DNA of 57,206 bases, from assembly GCA_001823545.1 (NCBI GenBank), contig MHUV01000002.1, positions 1 through 57,206 of the forward strand, given 5' to 3'. A program made the position numbers and the translations under genes. This DNA comes from Candidatus Yonathbacteria bacterium RIFCSPLOWO2_01_FULL_43_27. GTDB lineage: Bacteria; Patescibacteriota; Minisyncoccia; Phycocordibacterales; UBA1550. This document shows positions 54,066-57,206 of the stretch, piece after piece. The notes below the pieces were generated by a model, which worked only from the letters and a program-made list of their open reading frames with translations, had not been told where the DNA came from and made no database searches. How positions within the stretch are numbered: position 1 is the first letter of the stretch; every line of letters starts with the position of its first letter.

Positions 54066-56330
54066 TTAGATCCCGTCCGTCTCTTCCCCTGCTTTTATGA
54101 GAACTTGGCGTGGTTTTGCGCCGTCACCTGGTCCAATGATGTTGCGTTCCTCAAGCATATCCATAAGGCGTGCAGCGCGTGCATAACCGACTTTGAGGCG
54201 CCGTTGGAGATAGGAAGTTGATGCCTTACCTGCTTCAATGACAATCATTCGTGCATCTTCATATAAATCATCGTCATCGCCACCGTTATTGTCATCAAGC
54301 GTTGCTTCAAAAAGAGGGTCGCGATCGGTACTAATAGATCCTTGCGAGAAATTAATCTCGTCAGGAAGCTTGTCAGTTTCGAGGCCGGCAAGATATTTCA
54401 CAACAGATTTCACTTCCCCTTCGGACATAAAGGCAGATTGAATACGGGTCGGCTTCGACATTTCTCCCGATATATAGAGCATATCGCCGGCACCGAGAAG
54501 TTTCTCTGCACCCGAGGCGTCGAGAATGGTGCGTGAGTCTATCTGTGAGGCAACCTGAAGGGCAACACGGGCCGGGACGTTGGCTTTGATGAGACCGGTG
54601 ATGACATTCACCGAAGGACGCTGGGTTGAGAGAATGAGGTGAATACCGACAGCGCGACTCATTTGTGCGAGACGAACAATAGCACTTTCGAGTTCGCGAG
54701 GATAGCTCTGCATAATATCAGCAAGCTCGTCCAATATGATGACGATGTAGGGCATGCGCTCGGGTATCGTGACATCCATATCTGCACCCGCACTTGTTTT
54801 GTTGTTAGTTGTTTGTTGTTGGTTGTTTGTTTTCTTGAGTGCCGGTTCGAGGACATTCTTGTGGTATGAACTAATGTCGCGCACGGACTCGGCTTCGAGA
54901 ATATTGTAGCGACGATCCATTTCCTTTGCTGCCCACTTGAGCGCAAGGATTGCTTTTTTTGCATCCGTGATGACCGGCGTGAGGAGGTGAGGAATTTTGT
55001 TGTAGAGGGTCAGCTCGACACGCTTAGGGTCGATCATAATGAAGCGAAGATTTTCAGGTGCGTTCCTGTAAAGGAGGGAGTTTACGATGGCGTGAATCGT
55101 TACCGACTTACCTGAACCCGTAGCGCCTGCGATGAGCACGTGAGGCATCTTGGCGAGGTCCGCATAGTACAGTTTCCCAGAGACACCACGACCAAGAGCA
55201 AGAAGGAGTGGCTTTGGAGAATCGCGGTATTCTTCAGACGAAAAGAGGGTCCTCAAACCGACGACTGTTTTCGTGGAATTAGGAACTTCGATACCGACGA
55301 GTGATTGACCAGGGATCGGTGCTTCAATACGAATTGGGTGTGCGGCGAGTGCGTACGAGAGCTCGCTCTGCAGTCCTACGATGCGTGAAAGTTTTACTCC
55401 CTCGGCGGGTTTGAGTGCGTATCTTGTTACCGACGGACCGATGGAAACTTCGTCCATCTCGACCGTGATCCCGTACTGTCCGAGGGTGCGTTTGATGATG
55501 TTCGCGTTTGCTTTGATGTCACCAACACCGGGCTTTCCGCGATCGCCTTCAAGAAGTGAAAGTGGGGGAGGTGTGTAGCTTGTTCCAGAGAGTTCTTTAA
55601 AAGAAATTCCACCACCAAGTCCTTCAGTTTTTTTATCACTAATTTTTTGAACTGCCTGCGCAAGTTTTGATTGTTTTGGGTCCTCTTCTTTTGTCGGAAG
55701 GGGGAGGGTTGGGGCTTCCTCAGGAATGTCGATAATAACTTCCTCGTCTTCCTCTGCTCCTTCGTCATCCGCGCGCTTTCTCCAAAAGAGAAGTGAAGAA
55801 AAATTTGGTCGCGTATTGAACATGACGATGAACGAGATAAGGAGAAATGCGAGAAGGAGGATTACCGTAATGTAGGCATCAAAGAGTGCAATGAGGGGAG
55901 TCGAGATTGCCCATCCAATGATCCCCGCAGTGTCGTTGCCGGAGAAAATGTTAATGAGTCCAAGTGAAGAAAAAAGAAATAGAAATGCACCGACGGCAGA
56001 GGTGGTGGCGATGCTGGGACGCGTGCTACGAAAGAGAGAAATACTGAGAAGAAAAAAGAGGGTAGGGAGGATAAAATATCCGACACCAAAGAGATAGTTG
56101 AGCCCACCATAGAGTGTCTGTCCAAAGATCCCTGCCTTCCCAAAAGGAGCAGAAGAAAGTGCGATACCAAGTACTAAAAAGATAATAGCGAATACGGTAT
56201 GACGAATCTCATCTGCGAGCCCATTCATAAATGAGAGTGGTTTAAATGAAGTATCTTTTTTTGCTTCCCGTGGTTCTTTAACCGTTTGTTTTTTTGAGGA
56301 GCTCCCTTTCTTTCCTTGAGTGTTTGCCAT
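54066..56330 (-). CDS. ftsK: DNA translocase FtsK/SpoIIIE
   Basis: N-terminal TM helices, a linker, Walker A GATGSGKS, Walker B IVIILDELADI, and the C-terminal gamma winged helix (LYEDARMIVIEAGKASTSYLQRRLKVGYARAARLMDMLE). Confidence 0.95.
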   Translation of the reverse strand: MANTQGKKGSSSKKQTVKEPREAKKDTSFKPLSFMNGLADEIRHTVFAIIFLVLGIALSSAPFGKAGIFGQTLYGGLNYLFGVGYFILPTLFFLLSISLFRSTRPSIATTSAVGAFLFLFSSLGLINIFSGNDTAGIIGWAISTPLIALFDAYITVILLLAFLLISFIVMFNTRPNFSSLLFWRKRADDEGAEEDEEVIIDIPEEAPTLPLPTKEEDPKQSKLAQAVQKISDKKTEGLGGGISFKELSGTSYTPPPLSLLEGDRGKPGVGDIKANANIIKRTLGQYGITVEMDEVSIGPSVTRYALKPAEGVKLSRIVGLQSELSYALAAHPIRIEAPIPGQSLVGIEVPNSTKTVVGLRTLFSSEEYRDSPKPLLLALGRGVSGKLYYADLAKMPHVLIAGATGSGKSVTIHAIVNSLLYRNAPENLRFIMIDPKRVELTLYNKIPHLLTPVITDAKKAILALKWAAKEMDRRYNILEAESVRDISSYHKNVLEPALKKTNNQQQTTNNKTSAGADMDVTIPERMPYIVIILDELADIMQSYPRELESAIVRLAQMSRAVGIHLILSTQRPSVNVITGLIKANVPARVALQVASQIDSRTILDASGAEKLLGAGDMLYISGEMSKPTRIQSAFMSEGEVKSVVKYLAGLETDKLPDEINFSQGSISTDRDPLFEATLDDNNGGDDDDLYEDARMIVIEAGKASTSYLQRRLKVGYARAARLMDMLEERNIIGPGDGAKPRQVLIKAGEETDGI

Positions 56331-56417
56331 AAGTAATATTTTTGTATTGTATCAAAAAAACACTATAAAACAAAGGCTTTTATATATAAAAGACATATGT
56401 AAAGGACAAAAAATCAC

Positions 56418-56447
56418 TTGACTTTTTACCCCACTGTCCTTTATAAT
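56418..56447 (+). promoter_or_regulatory. Sigma-70-like promoter (TTGACT, 17 nt, TATAAT) overlapped by an inverted TAAAGGACA motif
   Basis: TTGACTTTTTACCCCACTGTCCTTTATAAT. The spacer and -10 element contain TGTCCTTTAT. Confidence 0.5.
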
Positions 56448-56623
56448 AAGAAAAGAATAAATGTCCGATAAGGACATACACTCAGTATTGTAAAGGACAC
56501 ATAAAAGACACGAATTAAGCAACAAATATTCTGCTTCTAAAAACAAAAAGACATTGAATATGGGATTTCAATATAGACGTTATTTTTAATAGTAAACAAC
56601 CGTAAAGCGAGATTTTTTTAAAC

Positions 56624-57206
56624 AATTTTCCAATGCCTCCTAAAGGACATAACTTACAGAACCAAGGTCAGTCACTCACTCCACATAAGGGGTCCTTTCT
56701 GAATTCTGGAAGCATGGATTCCTTCTCTATTTCTCTCGCAAAAAAATGTGAGCGCCTCGCGACTGCTGAATATCTCGTGACAAGTTTTTTATCAGACACG
56801 GAACCACTCAAGGCACGCCTTCGTGTCCTTTCACTCGATCTTGTGCGTGACGCATCACTCCTCCGGTTTGGTACGGTTGTGAGTGAGCTCGGTGCCTTCG
56901 AAACCCTCCGTGCGAATATCAGTGAGACGCTCTCTCTCCTTGAGCTCGCCTTCATTAATGGTCTCGTTTCAGAAATGAATTTCTCAATTCTCAAGCGTGA
57001 ATATGTCCACCTTCGTGACGCTATTGAGGTCAAAAAAGTTTCTCGCGAATCACGTTCGGATACCGCACTTGGGGATAATTTTTTTGAGAGCACGCAAGCA
57101 CTGTATTCTGCACAAAGTTCCACACTTCCTCTGGCTCCGCAGAACGTTCCGTTTGCAGGGAAGGAACGTGAGAATAATACACCATCTTCTATTGGACATT
57201 CTAAAG
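56624..57206 (+). CDS. 5' part of an unterminated ORF (at least 194 codons) running off the window end. It is not in the supplied track. Hypothetical, possibly a regulator.
   Basis: In frame from ATG 56624 (MPPKGHNL...MDSFSISLAKKCERLATAEYLVTSFL...LSLLELAFINGLVSEMNFSILKREYVHLRDAIEV...) with no stop to 57206. Its composition is protein-like. The listed antisense ORF 56668-57123 is Ser/Arg-rich. An alternative start is the Met at 56705. Confidence 0.4.

Noticed and set aside
56668-57123. 151-aa minus-strand ORF at the window end
   Set aside because: Its Ser/Arg-rich composition is typical of an antisense frame. The plus-strand frame over the same region is open to the window edge with protein-like composition, and it is preceded by a promoter and a motif array.

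Overview
The window is a 57.2-kb stretch of a compact bacterial chromosome. I infer a Patescibacteria/CPR-like organism from three things seen in the sequence: ribosomal protein L30 is absent, IF-2 is short (507 aa), and both S5 and RNase J carry Arg/Gly-rich extensions. Most of the window is housekeeping. It holds the distal part of the ribosomal-protein/secY cluster (S14z, S8, L6, L18, S5, L15, SecY, Adk, Map), the rbfA and infB genes, a cysteine desulfurase, ClpB, RNase J, secG, gyrA, tmk, argS, metG, tatD, the rpsF-ssb-rpsR operon, ndk, infC-rpmI-rplT, efp, recA and ftsK. Many convergent gene pairs are separated by perfect-palindrome terminators. Several accessory-looking features stand out.

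1. A tRNA island at 9.8-12.2 kb holds tRNA-Leu(CAG), tRNA-Leu(UAG), tRNA-Lys(CUU), tRNA-Leu(UAA) and tRNA-Cys(GCA), with a free-standing HNH endonuclease. It also holds orphan tRNA halves, direct duplications of tRNA 3' ends that flank small inserts, and at least two dispersed repeat families (60-65 nt). Both families reappear around tRNA-Tyr at 20.4 kb.

2. Five tandem paralogous genes at 32.2-34.1 kb encode small proteins whose topology matches VirB2/TrbC-type pilins. They lie immediately downstream of an orphan substrate-binding protein and a methyltransferase.

3. A roughly 1-kb region at 47.8-48.8 kb is extremely AT-rich. It contains a candidate small RNA with its own promoter and terminator, one consensus DnaA box, and a 23-codon Lys/Ala-only micro-ORF. 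It leads into a 935-aa soluble VirD4/TraG-like ATPase.

4. Four copies of a TAAAGGACA motif (three direct, one inverted) plus a palindromic ATGTCC/GGACAT site sit between ftsK and an unterminated ORF that the ORF track does not list.

5. A 54-bp perfect palindrome lies in the secY-adk spacer.

6. A translationally coupled pair encodes a histidine-phosphatase-like protein and an APH-like kinase.

7. Two enzyme homologues, a superoxide dismutase and an HtrA-like protease, appear to have lost catalytic or metal-binding residues.

All product calls rest on motif recognition by eye. No database search was run.
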